Assembly (NCBI GenBank): GCA_963666215.2
Contig: CAXWPL010000002.1
Coordinates: 32,001 to 96,000, forward strand
Reading direction: 5' to 3'
Source of the DNA: Acidobacteriota bacterium
GTDB lineage: Bacteria > Acidobacteriota > UBA890 > WLXD01
Length of the DNA: 64,000 nucleotides
In this document: positions 30,529 to 40,213 of the stretch, in pieces
Numbering within the stretch: position 1 is the stretch's first letter
Layout: each line of letters opens with the position of its first letter
Program-made: the position numbers and the translations under genes
Notes under the pieces: model-generated
Told to the model about the DNA's origin: nothing
What the model saw: the letters and a program-made list of their open reading frames with translations, nothing else
Database searches by the model: none

Positions 30529-30557
30529 TTGACTTCCGTAGTACCCCCGCCTACATT
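30529..30557 (+). promoter_or_regulatory. Sigma-70 promoter upstream of tRNA-Met/tilS
   Basis: TTGACT-N17-TACATT. Confidence 0.6.
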
Positions 30558-30662
30558 GTCCGCTCGTTTCTGCCCGTTGCAGACTCCGTGACGATCGCGA
30601 CGCGCGGGGCTGGGGCAGAGGACCCGAACGACATCTCGCTGCTTGCAGCGAGCGGCGAACCT

Positions 30663-30735
30663 GGCGGTGTAGCTCAGCTGGCAGAGCAGGCGGCTCATAT
30701 CCGCCGAGTCGGGGGTTCAAGTCCCTCCACCGCCA
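30663..30735 (+). tRNA. tRNA with CAT anticodon, most likely elongator tRNA-Met; CCA not encoded
   Basis: Acceptor GGCGGTG/CACCGCC, anticodon arm GGCGG-CTCATAT-CCGCC, T-loop GTTCAAG. Confidence 0.92.
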
Positions 30736-30750
30736 TTCACTCTCGACGAT

Positions 30751-31764
30751 ATGCTGGCAACCTTCGCCAGTGCGTTACTCCAGCGCGACCTGTTGGGTGG
30801 TGTCGAGCGCCTGCTCGTGGGGTGCAGCGGCGGAGGCGACTCGACTGCGCTGCTCGATCTCCTGAGCCGACACCTGGAATCACAGCCCGTGGTGCTGGCG
30901 GCGATCGTGGTCGATCACGGGGTCCGGTCAGACTCTGACAGCCGTGCCGATTTCGAGCTCGTGCGCAGCCAGGCCGAGTCGCGCGGGCATGAGTGTCTGA
31001 TCGAGCGGGCCCCGAGCGTTGAGCGCTGGAACGAGGCCATCGGGCGGCAGCAGCGCCTTACCGCTTTCCGGCGCGCGGCTGGTCGCTGGCAAGCCGACGC
31101 GGTTGCTGTTGGGCATACCCTGGACGACCAGGCCGAGACCGTGCTGCTGCAGCTCGCTCGCGGCGCCGGCCCTGGCGGGCTTGCCGGAATTCGTCCGCGC
31201 CGGCGCTTGGACGGGCTTCTGATGCTGCGGCCACTGCTTTCGTTCCGTCGCGGCGACCTACGCGACTACCTGCGCGCTCGCGGCCTTCTGTGGCGTGAGG
31301 ATCCAACCAACGAAGACCTTTCGATTGCCCGCAACCGTGTACGCCGCGAAGTCCTTCCGAGCCTGCTAGAGGCAGTGCCCGGGGCGGTTGCCGCTATCGC
31401 CCGTACGGCCAACTTGCTGCGTGACGACGAGACGTGGCTCAACACGATCGTCGAGCAGACGACTCGAGCGCTCACGGTACCGGAGCCCCACGAGGGGGGC
31501 TCCGCACTCGATCTCGCGGGACTGACCGCGCTGCCCGTCGCACTCCAACGCCGCGTGCTTCGCGGCGCGCTACGTGAGCTTCGCGGCGACCTGAGCGGTA
31601 TCAGCGCGGCCCACGTCGAAGCCGCGTTGGCCGTGGCTGATGCCGCAGCCGGCGGCCCGTCCGCCCAGGATCTTCCGGGAGTCCGCGTGATTCGAGGGAA
31701 CGGGAGCTTGCGGCTACTGCCGCTCGAGGCGCGCCGCCTGCGAGCGACGGATGGCGTCTCCTGA
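30751..31764 (+). CDS. tilS: tRNA(Ile)-lysidine synthetase
   Basis: PP-loop CSGGGDS, VDHG, GHTLDDQAET, RPLL, EDPTN, RNRVR. Confidence 0.92.
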   Translation: MLATFASALLQRDLLGGVERLLVGCSGGGDSTALLDLLSRHLESQPVVLAAIVVDHGVRSDSDSRADFELVRSQAESRGHECLIERAPSVERWNEAIGRQQRLTAFRRAAGRWQADAVAVGHTLDDQAETVLLQLARGAGPGGLAGIRPRRRLDGLLMLRPLLSFRRGDLRDYLRARGLLWREDPTNEDLSIARNRVRREVLPSLLEAVPGAVAAIARTANLLRDDETWLNTIVEQTTRALTVPEPHEGGSALDLAGLTALPVALQRRVLRGALRELRGDLSGISAAHVEAALAVADAAAGGPSAQDLPGVRVIRGNGSLRLLPLEARRLRATDGVS

Positions 31765-31880
31765 GCCCGGGCGGCGCCGAACAGGGTTTCCGAGGAGTGG
31801 TAGGCCACAGTGTCACGAGCGCGGCCATGCAGCCGGTTTCGCGGTAGTTGGCCCGCGACGAGGTGGTGTATTCTGGTGCG

Positions 31881-33815
31881 ATGAGCTCAGGAATCAAGCA
31901 GGTCGCATTGTGGCTGGTGGTGATCACGATCGCCATCGTCGTGTACAACGTCTTCAGGGAGTCGGCGGCGCCTCCCCAGGAGATCATCTTCTCCGACTTT
32001 CTCAGCAAGGTCGAAGGCGGAGATATCGCCCACGTCACGATTGCCGGCACCAAGATCGAGGGCGAGCTCACCGATGGCAGCGGCAGTTTCGTCACCATCG
32101 CGCCGCCGAGCTACGACGGCCTCGTAGCCCTGCTGCGCGAGAACGACATCGGGTTCGAGGCGCAAGACGCCAACCAGAATCCCTACATCACGGCGCTGAT
32201 CACCTGGGCGCCGATGCTGCTTTTGATCGCGGTCTGGATCTTCTTCATGCGGCAGATGCAGAGCGGCGGCAATCGTGCCCTCGCATTTGGCAAGAGCCGC
32301 GCTCGGCTATCGTCGAACCAGCAGAAGAAGGTCACATTCAAGGACGTCGCCGGCGCCGACGAAGCCAAGGAAGAGCTCGCCGAGATCATCGAGTTCCTGC
32401 GCGAGCCGCAGAAGTTCCAGCGCCTCGGCGGTCGTATCCCCAAGGGAGTGCTGCTCATGGGGCCCCCCGGCACCGGCAAGACGCTGCTGGCGCGGGCAGT
32501 GTCCGGCGAGGCCAGTGTTCCGTTCTTCTCGATCTCGGGGTCCGACTTCGTCGAGATGTTCGTGGGTGTCGGCGCCTCGCGAGTGCGCGATCTCTTCGAT
32601 CAGGGCAAGAAGAACGCCCCATGCATCATCTTCATCGATGAGATCGACGCCGTTGGGCGCCATCGCGGCGCCGGCCTCGGCGGAGGCCACGACGAGCGCG
32701 AACAGACACTCAACCAGCTTCTAGTGGAGATGGACGGTTTCGTCAGCAACGAGGGCGTCATCCTCATGTCGGCGACGAACCGCCCCGACGTGCTCGATCC
32801 GGCGCTCCTACGCCCGGGTCGGTTCGACCGGCGTATCGTTATCGATCGCCCGGATGTTCGCGGTCGCGAGGGCATCCTCAAGGTGCACAGCCGCCACATT
32901 CCGCTCGATCCCGATGTCAATTTGTCGTTGGTGGCGCGCAGCACTCCTGGGTTCTGCGGCGCCGATCTCGAGAATCTCGTCAACGAAGCCGCGCTCCTGG
33001 CCGCTCGCCACGACCACGACAAAGTGACGATGGACGACTTCGAGTACGCCAAAGACAAAGTGCTGATGGGCGCCGAGCGCAAGAGCATGATCATCTCCGA
33101 TGAGGAGAAGAAGATCACCGCGTACCACGAGTCTGGCCACGCGCTGGTTGCACACCTGTCCGAGGGCGCCGATCCGCTGCACAAGGTGACGATCATCCCG
33201 CGCGGTCGTGCGCTCGGCGTGACGATGCAGATGCCGCTCGACGACCGGCACAACTACAGCCGCAACTACCTCGAGACTCAGATCGCCGTCCTCCTCGGCG
33301 GCCGCATTGCGGAGGAGCTCATTCTCGGAGAGCAGACCACCGGTGCTGGCAACGACCTGGAGCGGGTCACCGATATCGCCCGACGGATGGTGACCGAGTG
33401 GGGGATGAGCGCTCGCTTCGGACCGCTGAACTTTTCTAGCGGCCCCGGCGAGATTTTCCTCGGGCGCGATTTTGCCAAACAGAACGAGTACTCCGAGAGC
33501 ACAGCGAACATGATCGACAGCGAGGTCAAGGGCCTCATCGATCGCGGGTACGAGAAGACGACCGCGCTGCTGTCGGCCCACACCGAGGTCTTGCATGCGA
33601 TCGCCAAGGCGCTCTTGTCTCGAGAGGTGCTCGACGGCGCCGACATCGCGGCACTGGCCGCCGGACAGCCGCTTCCGGATTCTGATTCTGAGACGAGCCC
33701 GACATCATCGGTGTCGCAACCGGACGCGTCGGAGCATGCCTCGAGTGACGAGGATCGGTCCGTGAAGCTTCCCGGAATCGCCGACGGCCACCCGGCGGAG
33801 GGCTATACCGGTTGA
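31881..33815 (+). CDS. ftsH: ATP-dependent zinc metalloprotease FtsH
   Basis: Two TMs, [38 protein letters not shown]. Confidence 0.98.
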   Translation: MSSGIKQVALWLVVITIAIVVYNVFRESAAPPQEIIFSDFLSKVEGGDIAHVTIAGTKIEGELTDGSGSFVTIAPPSYDGLVALLRENDIGFEAQDANQNPYITALITWAPMLLLIAVWIFFMRQMQSGGNRALAFGKSRARLSSNQQKKVTFKDVAGADEAKEELAEIIEFLREPQKFQRLGGRIPKGVLLMGPPGTGKTLLARAVSGEASVPFFSISGSDFVEMFVGVGASRVRDLFDQGKKNAPCIIFIDEIDAVGRHRGAGLGGGHDEREQTLNQLLVEMDGFVSNEGVILMSATNRPDVLDPALLRPGRFDRRIVIDRPDVRGREGILKVHSRHIPLDPDVNLSLVARSTPGFCGADLENLVNEAALLAARHDHDKVTMDDFEYAKDKVLMGAERKSMIISDEEKKITAYHESGHALVAHLSEGADPLHKVTIIPRGRALGVTMQMPLDDRHNYSRNYLETQIAVLLGGRIAEELILGEQTTGAGNDLERVTDIARRMVTEWGMSARFGPLNFSSGPGEIFLGRDFAKQNEYSESTANMIDSEVKGLIDRGYEKTTALLSAHTEVLHAIAKALLSREVLDGADIAALAAGQPLPDSDSETSPTSSVSQPDASEHASSDEDRSVKLPGIADGHPAEGYTG

Positions 33816-33906
33816 GCCGGCGGGCCGTCCGGCCCGCGCGCTCGGCCGAGGAGTCGTGCTTGGGGCCATTCTTGCGTTCACGCCGGCCCCCAACCCGGCT
33901 GATTAA

Positions 33907-35205
33907 ATGAGCGGCGAGTCGGCACACAGAAGCGTCGGCGTCGGCTCCGAGGGCACGTCTCGGCGCATTTCTCAGCGACCTTCGTCGATCCCGATGCTGG
34001 CTCACAACGCCTATGTGCTGCGCGGTTACGACCCGCAGCCACCGTCGCCGGGATACCCCGCGGGCACGGGGGCTCCGGAAGCGGACGAGGCCGGAGCGTC
34101 GCACGGAACGTACATCGTTCGCCTGGAGGGTGTGGCGACCGAACTCGCCGACGGCTTTGTCGACGCGGTGTCAACGGCCGGTGCCGCGGCCGTCGTCCAG
34201 CCTCGTGGAGACTCCGGTGCGCGCCTCGATCTGTTCGCCAGCTTGCCGCAGGTGGAGGTGCTGCGCAGTCAGTTGCTGGCGGCCGCTCCCGGCCTTTCGC
34301 GCCTGGCCGAGGAGGTTGTCGCCGCGTTGCAGGCATATCACAGGCTCGAATTTCGTCTGCGTTGCGGCGCTCGGACGCTCGAGTGTGGTCGCCGGCCGCT
34401 GGTCATGGGGGTGATCAATTGCACCCCCGATTCGTTCTACGGCGGCAGCATTGCCCTCGGCGACGCGGCTCTTCGGCGCGCCGAGCGGATGGTGGCTCGA
34501 GGCGTTGACATCGTTGATGTGGGCGGAGAGTCGACACGGCCAGGGAGTCAATCGATCGACGCGGCAGAAGAGATGCGCCGCGTCGTCCCGGTTGTCCGGC
34601 TGCTGAATCGGCGGCTACGAGTGCCGATTTCCATCGATACGACGAAGTCGGTGGTCGCGCGAGCTGCCATCGACGCCGGGGCGACGATCGTCAACGACAC
34701 GAGCGGCTTCAGCGCCGACGAGCGACTCGGCTCGGTCCTTGCCGCCGCGGGCGTTCCCGTTACTTTGATCCTGATGCATACGCGGGGGCCATCGCAGCGC
34801 ATGTACGCGCAGGCCGAGTACGGCGATGTGGTCGGTGAGGTGATCGCCGAGCTGCGTGCCGCCGTAGGTCGCGCGACTCAGGCGGGCATTCCGCTCGATT
34901 CAATTGTTGTCGACCCGGGCATCGGCTTCGCCAAGAGGGCCGAGCACAGTCTCGTGATTCTGCACAATCTCGCGGCGTTCCGCTCGCTCGGACGCCCCCT
35001 TCTGGTGGGTGTTTCGCGAAAGTCGTTCATCGGTGCCGTGCTAGATTTGCCAGCAGAGGAACGTTTGGATGGAACTGCGGCGGCTGTCGCTGCGGCGGTG
35101 CTACAGGGCGCTCATATTCTGCGCGTGCACGATGTCGGCGCGATGCGGCGGGCCGCCGACATGGCCGCGGCGATCCGTTGTGAGGGACGCGGATGGATTT
35201 GCTGA
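33907..35205 (+). CDS. folP: Dihydropteroate synthase with long N-terminal extension
   Basis: MGVINCTPDSF, DVGGESTRPG, SIDT, DPGIGFAK, GVSRKSF, RVHDV. Confidence 0.93.
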   Translation: MSGESAHRSVGVGSEGTSRRISQRPSSIPMLAHNAYVLRGYDPQPPSPGYPAGTGAPEADEAGASHGTYIVRLEGVATELADGFVDAVSTAGAAAVVQPRGDSGARLDLFASLPQVEVLRSQLLAAAPGLSRLAEEVVAALQAYHRLEFRLRCGARTLECGRRPLVMGVINCTPDSFYGGSIALGDAALRRAERMVARGVDIVDVGGESTRPGSQSIDAAEEMRRVVPVVRLLNRRLRVPISIDTTKSVVARAAIDAGATIVNDTSGFSADERLGSVLAAAGVPVTLILMHTRGPSQRMYAQAEYGDVVGEVIAELRAAVGRATQAGIPLDSIVVDPGIGFAKRAEHSLVILHNLAAFRSLGRPLLVGVSRKSFIGAVLDLPAEERLDGTAAAVAAAVLQGAHILRVHDVGAMRRAADMAAAIRCEGRGWIC

Positions 35206-36062
35206 GCCGAATCGGTTTGATGGGTCCGTTCGGGCTGCGTGACGTTGTCGACGTGCTCATCGTTGCGGTGATCTTTTATCAGATCCTGCTGCGCATCCAG
35301 GGGACGCGAGCGGTGCGTATCGCCGTCGGCCTGGGCGTTGTTTTCGTCTTCTATCTGTTGGCCCGTCTGACCGGCCTACGGACCGTCGACTGGCTCTTTG
35401 CGAACGTCTTCACGTACATCGTTCTTGCCATCCTCGTGCTGTTCCAGCGCGAGCTCCGACAGGTGCTGGCGAGCATCGGCCACACGCCGTTCTTCCGCTC
35501 GCTCAGCAACCCGGTCGCCGAGGAGCCGCTCGACCACGTGATCAGCGCCGCCACCGCGATGGCGCAACAGCGTCGCGGCGCCCTTATCGTGTTCGAGCGC
35601 AGTGTGGGGTTACGCAACTACGTGGCGCAGGGGATCGGCCTCGACGCACAGATCTCGTATGACCTGTTGCTGTCGATCTTCCACACGGAAACACCGCTGC
35701 ACGATGGCGCGGTGATCGTCCAGGGTGACCGTATTGCGGCGGCGTCGAGCTTCTTGCCGCTCACAACGAACCCGCGATTGGCTCGCGATCTGGGCTCACG
35801 GCACCGCGCGGCCATCGGTGTCTCGGAGGAAACCGACGCCGTGGCAGTGGTGGTGTCCGAGGAAACCGGGACGATCTCGATCGTCGTTGACGGGCGTATC
35901 ACCCGGCGGGTCGACGCGGCCAGCTTGCGCGTTCGACTGCGGGAGCTTTTCCACCCTGAGTCGTCGGACGACGATCAGAGTGCCGACAAGCAGGCGTCCG
36001 GGACCGCAGAGGCGTCGGCTGCCGCCGAAGCCGACGCCGAGGTCGCGAAGGTGGGTCCGTGA
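35193..36062 (+). CDS. cdaA: Diadenylate cyclase CdaA
   Basis: Three N-terminal TMs, FQRELR, PLHDGA, GSRHRAA, VSEETG. Confidence 0.93.
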   Translation: MDLLSRIGLMGPFGLRDVVDVLIVAVIFYQILLRIQGTRAVRIAVGLGVVFVFYLLARLTGLRTVDWLFANVFTYIVLAILVLFQRELRQVLASIGHTPFFRSLSNPVAEEPLDHVISAATAMAQQRRGALIVFERSVGLRNYVAQGIGLDAQISYDLLLSIFHTETPLHDGAVIVQGDRIAAASSFLPLTTNPRLARDLGSRHRAAIGVSEETDAVAVVVSEETGTISIVVDGRITRRVDAASLRVRLRELFHPESSDDDQSADKQASGTAEASAAAEADAEVAKVGP

Positions 36063-37036
36063 GCGGCCTCGCAGCGGTCCGAGTGCTGCGCTTCCGGCCA
36101 TTTGGCAACCTGAACTTGAAGCTCACGGCGATCGCACTCGCTTCTGGGTTGTGGGCGTTGGTCAGCATCGACGTATCGGTTCCGCACATCGTTTCTGGCG
36201 TCCCGGTTCGAGTGGAGTCCATCCCCGACGACTTGGCCCTCGCGGAGCCCTTCACGCAAACCATCAGTATTCAGGTGCGCGGTGCCACGGCGCGGACCCG
36301 CGAGCTCGTGGCTGGAGAGCTGTCGCCACGCATTGATCTCTTTGGAGCCTTCGCTGGCGAGCAGGTTATCCGTCTGGTGGCCGACGACATTCCGGCGCCA
36401 CTCGGTGTGACGGTTGAGCGCATCGTGCCAGAGACGGTTTCGATTCAACTCGAGGAGCGTGTGCGGCGACAGGTGCCGATCAGCGTTGTCGTCGAAGGCA
36501 GTCCGCGCAGCGGGTTCGAGATTGCCGACAAGCAGATTGATGTCGCAACCGCCGAGGTGAGCGGGCCACGCAGCCGCGTCGAGGCGCTGGCGTCGATCCC
36601 TACCGAAACCATCAACGTCACCGGCAGAAGCGAGTCGGTGGAGCGACGCGTTACCGTACTGAGTCCCGACCCGTTGCTGCGCATCGAATCGGCGCCGATC
36701 GTGCAGATGACGATTGTGATTGTCGAGTCGACGGCGCGCGCCGAGATCGCTGGTGTCGGCCTGGAAGTGGTTAGAGCGCGCACGCGCGTCGACCTCAACC
36801 CCAACGAGATCGGGGTGTACGTGAGTGGCCCGGCGTCGGTAGTGGCGTCGCTGATGGCTGTGGACTTCCGCGCCGAGATCGACGTGGAAGGCCTCGACCC
36901 GCGCGCCGAGGACTATCGTCTGGAGCCAAGCATCGAGTTCACGCGCGACGGACTCGCCGAGGTGATTACCGTCGAATGGGTGACCCCACAGCGGCTCATC
37001 AACGTTCACGTTTACGACCTGCCGGTTGAACGCTGA
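36059..37036 (+). CDS. cdaR: CdaR/YbbR-like regulator
   Basis: N-terminal TM (NLKLTAIALASGLW) followed by YbbR-like beta repeats; lies between cdaA and glmM. Confidence 0.82.
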   Translation: MSGLAAVRVLRFRPFGNLNLKLTAIALASGLWALVSIDVSVPHIVSGVPVRVESIPDDLALAEPFTQTISIQVRGATARTRELVAGELSPRIDLFGAFAGEQVIRLVADDIPAPLGVTVERIVPETVSIQLEERVRRQVPISVVVEGSPRSGFEIADKQIDVATAEVSGPRSRVEALASIPTETINVTGRSESVERRVTVLSPDPLLRIESAPIVQMTIVIVESTARAEIAGVGLEVVRARTRVDLNPNEIGVYVSGPASVVASLMAVDFRAEIDVEGLDPRAEDYRLEPSIEFTRDGLAEVITVEWVTPQRLINVHVYDLPVER

Positions 37037-37156
37037 CGGTTCGCGGACAGGTGCGCTCCCGAACCCGATTTGCGCTCGCTTCGATCCGCGAAAGTGCTTT
37101 GCCGCACTGGCAGGAGTTCGCTACCGTAAGGTGCTGCTAGCCGCCTGGGAACCACG

Positions 37157-38536
37157 ATGACACCCGCTACTCGACCGCAGAAAAATCGCCTCTTTGGCAC
37201 CGATGGCGTGCGAGGCATTGCCAACGTCGAGCCGATGACGGTGGAGACGGCGGTGAGCCTGGGACGTTCGGCGGCTCACGTCTTCAAGGATGGCACACAC
37301 CGCCACAAGATCCTGATCGGCAAAGACACGCGCCTGTCGGGCTACATGATCGAAAGCGCGTTGATCGCCGGCGTGTGCTCGATGGGCGTCGACGCGATCG
37401 TGGTGGGGCCGCTGCCGAGTCCGGGAATCGCCTTCGCCACGCGCTCGTTGCGGGCCGATGCCGGAATCATGATCTCGGCCTCCCACAACCCGTACGTCGA
37501 CAATGGCATCAAATTCTTCTCACGCGAGGGCTTCAAGCTCGACGTGGGCTTGGAGCAGCAGATCGAGGACCTCACGTTCACCGGTCGTATTGACGATATC
37601 CGGCCCACCGCCGGGGAAGTCGGCAAGGCCTTTCGAATCGACGATGTTGGTGGGCGCTACGTGGAGTTCCTCAAGCGCTCGGTGCCGCGCGACTTCAGCC
37701 TGGAGGGGATGCGCATTGTCGTGGATGGTGCCAACGGTGCCGCGTACAAGGTTGGGCCCGCGTTGTTCGCCGAGCTCGGCGCCAGTGTGATTCCGATCGG
37801 CGTGCAGCCGAACGGCACGAACATCAACGACGGCGTGGGCTCCCTGCATCTGGAGAACGCGGCCGAGCAGGTGCTGATGCACGGTGCCGACCTGGCGATC
37901 TGTCTCGACGGTGACGCCGACCGCTGTCTTTTTGCCGACGGCGAGGGCCGTGCCATCGACGGCGACCGCGTGCTGGCGATTTCCGGCCGCTGGTTGAAGG
38001 ATCGCGGAGAGCTGGCCAACAACACCGCCGTGGCCACCGTGATGAGCAATCTGGCGCTCGATCTGTCGCTGCGCGAGGTCGGCGTGCACGTTGAGCGCAC
38101 CCAAGTGGGTGACCGCTTCGTTGTCGAATGCATGCGCGCCAACGGCCATCGACTGGGTGGCGAACAATCGGGGCACATGGTCTACCTCGACCACAACACG
38201 ACGGGCGACGGACTGTTGACGGCACTGCAGCTGCTCCGAGTCATCGCCGACACGGGCAAGTCTCTCGCCGAGCTGTCGCGCTGTATGGACCCGATGCCAC
38301 AGGTGTTGCTCAATGTCGAGATCGCGGACCGCCGCTCGTTCGACGAGCTGCCCACCGTGACGAGCGCAATCGCCAGCGCCGAGGACGAGCTCGGTGACCG
38401 CGGCCGCGTCCTGGTACGCTACTCGGGTACGCAGCCGATGGTTCGTGTCATGGTCGAGGGCGAGAATCTCGATCGCATCGAGGGCTTGGCTGGCGACATC
38501 GCCGGAGCCTTGAAGGCGACGATCGGGGCTGCTTGA
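37157..38536 (+). CDS. glmM: Phosphoglucosamine mutase
   Basis: FGTDGVRG, ISASHNP, DGDADR, GGEQSGH, RYSGT. Confidence 0.96.
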   Translation: MTPATRPQKNRLFGTDGVRGIANVEPMTVETAVSLGRSAAHVFKDGTHRHKILIGKDTRLSGYMIESALIAGVCSMGVDAIVVGPLPSPGIAFATRSLRADAGIMISASHNPYVDNGIKFFSREGFKLDVGLEQQIEDLTFTGRIDDIRPTAGEVGKAFRIDDVGGRYVEFLKRSVPRDFSLEGMRIVVDGANGAAYKVGPALFAELGASVIPIGVQPNGTNINDGVGSLHLENAAEQVLMHGADLAICLDGDADRCLFADGEGRAIDGDRVLAISGRWLKDRGELANNTAVATVMSNLALDLSLREVGVHVERTQVGDRFVVECMRANGHRLGGEQSGHMVYLDHNTTGDGLLTALQLLRVIADTGKSLAELSRCMDPMPQVLLNVEIADRRSFDELPTVTSAIASAEDELGDRGRVLVRYSGTQPMVRVMVEGENLDRIEGLAGDIAGALKATIGAA

Positions 38537-38581
38537 GCGCCAGTCGACCACGAGCTTTTTGGTGCAGACCAGGAGGTACGC

Positions 38582-39334
38582 TTGGCCGTAGCGGCTGCCG
38601 GCGGCGAGTCGGTTTTTCTCGGAGTCAACGTCGACCACGTCGCCACTCTCCGCCAGGCGCGTCGCGCGCCCGAGCCCGACCCGGTGCACGCCGCGGTGCT
38701 CGCCGAGCTCGGTGGAGCGGATGGCATCACCGTTCATCTGCGCAGCGATCGGCGGCACATCCAGGACCGTGATGTGGAGCTGCTCTCGGCAACCGTCAAG
38801 ACGCATCTGAACGTCGAGATGGCGGCCACCGAAGCCATGCTTGCGGTCGCTCGTCGCCTCCGTCCCGACGCCGTCTCGTTGGTGCCCGAGCGGCCCGAGG
38901 AGCTCACTACAGAAGGCGGACTGGATTTGGGCGCGGATACCGAGCACCTGCGAACACACATCGCCGCCTTGCGTGGCGCCGGAATCTCGGTGGCTGTTTT
39001 TCTCGATCCGGACGAGCGGCAGATCGAAACCGCCGCCTCGCTCGGGTTGCAGCAAATCGAGATCAATACGGCCGCCTACGCCGACTGCAGTGAGGCCCGT
39101 CGGGTCGAACAGACCACCATCGAGTTGGAGACGCTGACTCGTGCCGCCCAGCTCGGACACGCAGCTGGTTTGAGGGTCGCGGCGGGGCACGGCTTGACCT
39201 ATCGAAACGTTGCCGCCGTGGTGGCGATTCCGGAGATTGTCGAGCTCAACATCGGCCACAACATCGTGGCGCGCGCGGCGCTGGTCGGGATGGAACGCGC
39301 GGTCTCCGAAATGAAGGTGTTGCTCCGACGCTAG
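38582..39334 (+). CDS. pdxJ: Pyridoxine 5'-phosphate synthase
   Basis: [40 protein letters not shown]. Confidence 0.96.
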   Translation: MAVAAAGGESVFLGVNVDHVATLRQARRAPEPDPVHAAVLAELGGADGITVHLRSDRRHIQDRDVELLSATVKTHLNVEMAATEAMLAVARRLRPDAVSLVPERPEELTTEGGLDLGADTEHLRTHIAALRGAGISVAVFLDPDERQIETAASLGLQQIEINTAAYADCSEARRVEQTTIELETLTRAAQLGHAAGLRVAAGHGLTYRNVAAVVAIPEIVELNIGHNIVARAALVGMERAVSEMKVLLRR

Positions 39335-39343
39335 TGGTAAAAT
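39335..39343 (+). promoter_or_regulatory. Extended -10 element for the tRNA-Val/tRNA-Asp pair
   Basis: TG-G-TAAAAT 11 nt before tRNA-Val. Confidence 0.5.
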
Positions 39344-39354
39344 CCCGGCCCCGT

Positions 39355-39430
<76 letters not shown>

Positions 39431-39518
39431 AAAATTGCGAGTTCGAGCGTCGCGCGTGACCAGCCACGGCGGCAAGTCGCCGGCCGACTGCGCCGGACAG
39501 CATCAGTAGTTTGAATGC

Positions 39519-39596
39519 GGGGCCGTGGTGTAGCCTGGTTAACACGCCGGCCTGTCAAGCCGGAGATCGCGGGTTCAAATCCCGTCGGCCCCGCCA
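39519..39596 (+). tRNA. tRNA-Asp(GTC)
   Basis: GGGGCCG acceptor, CCGGC-CTGTCAA-GCCGG anticodon arm, GTTCAAAT, terminal GCCA. Confidence 0.97.
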
Positions 39597-39723
39597 TTCT
39601 TTCGCGCCTCTTCCCGCCGAATTCGGCACTCCACCTGCCCATTGGGCAGGTCCTACGGCACCTGCGGTTTTCGGGGTGCATGAAGCGTGTGCTACTGTCC
39701 GGCGGTCGAAAACCATCCCGAAT

Positions 39724-39744
39724 TCCTACATGGCTCCTACATGG
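39724..39744 (+). repeat. Tandem TCCTACATGG x2, candidate integrase arm-binding sites
   Basis: Direct 10-mers at 39724-39733 and 39735-39744 between tRNA-Asp and the integrase. Confidence 0.5.
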
Positions 39745-39801
39745 GCGAAGTTACCGGCCCCAGTTCAGGCCGTGAAAATGGGGCCGGGAGAGGAGGCAGG
39801 T

Positions 39802-40197
39802 ATGGAAGTCGTCGAAGCTGACCGCGAGCTGTTCGTCAACACCATCTTCAAGGAACTCACGAGCGTTGCCCGCAAGCACCTTGAGGCCATCCAACAGATT
39901 TGGGACAGCGGGCGCGTCGCCGTCGTCATCGTGAACCCGGCCCCCGAGGCCGAGAAGCATTTGCGCCGCCTAGGCTGGCCGAAGCGCGTCGTGCTGTCCT
40001 TGCCCGAGGCCATGCGTCGGGATCTGACCGACGAGACCTCGATAACGTCCGACCCGGCAACCCGACGTTGGATCGAGTGCCCCCGCGACGGCATCGGCCG
40101 TGTGCTGCTCTTCCACGGATACAGTTCGTTGCTGTTCAACTTTGGTGAGGAAGGTTGGTGGATCGAGCCCGGAAGTACCGACGGACCCATCAACTGA
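39802..40197 (+). CDS. Hypothetical protein
   Basis: ATG after AGGAGG; 131-aa ORF directly upstream of the integrase. Confidence 0.55.
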   Translation: MEVVEADRELFVNTIFKELTSVARKHLEAIQQIWDSGRVAVVIVNPAPEAEKHLRRLGWPKRVVLSLPEAMRRDLTDETSITSDPATRRWIECPRDGIGRVLLFHGYSSLLFNFGEEGWWIEPGSTDGPIN

Positions 40198-40213
40198 ACG
40201 GAAGGGTGCGGCG

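Noticed and set aside
33820-33845. GC hairpin after ftsH as an intrinsic terminator
   Set aside because: No U-tract, and folP follows on the same strand
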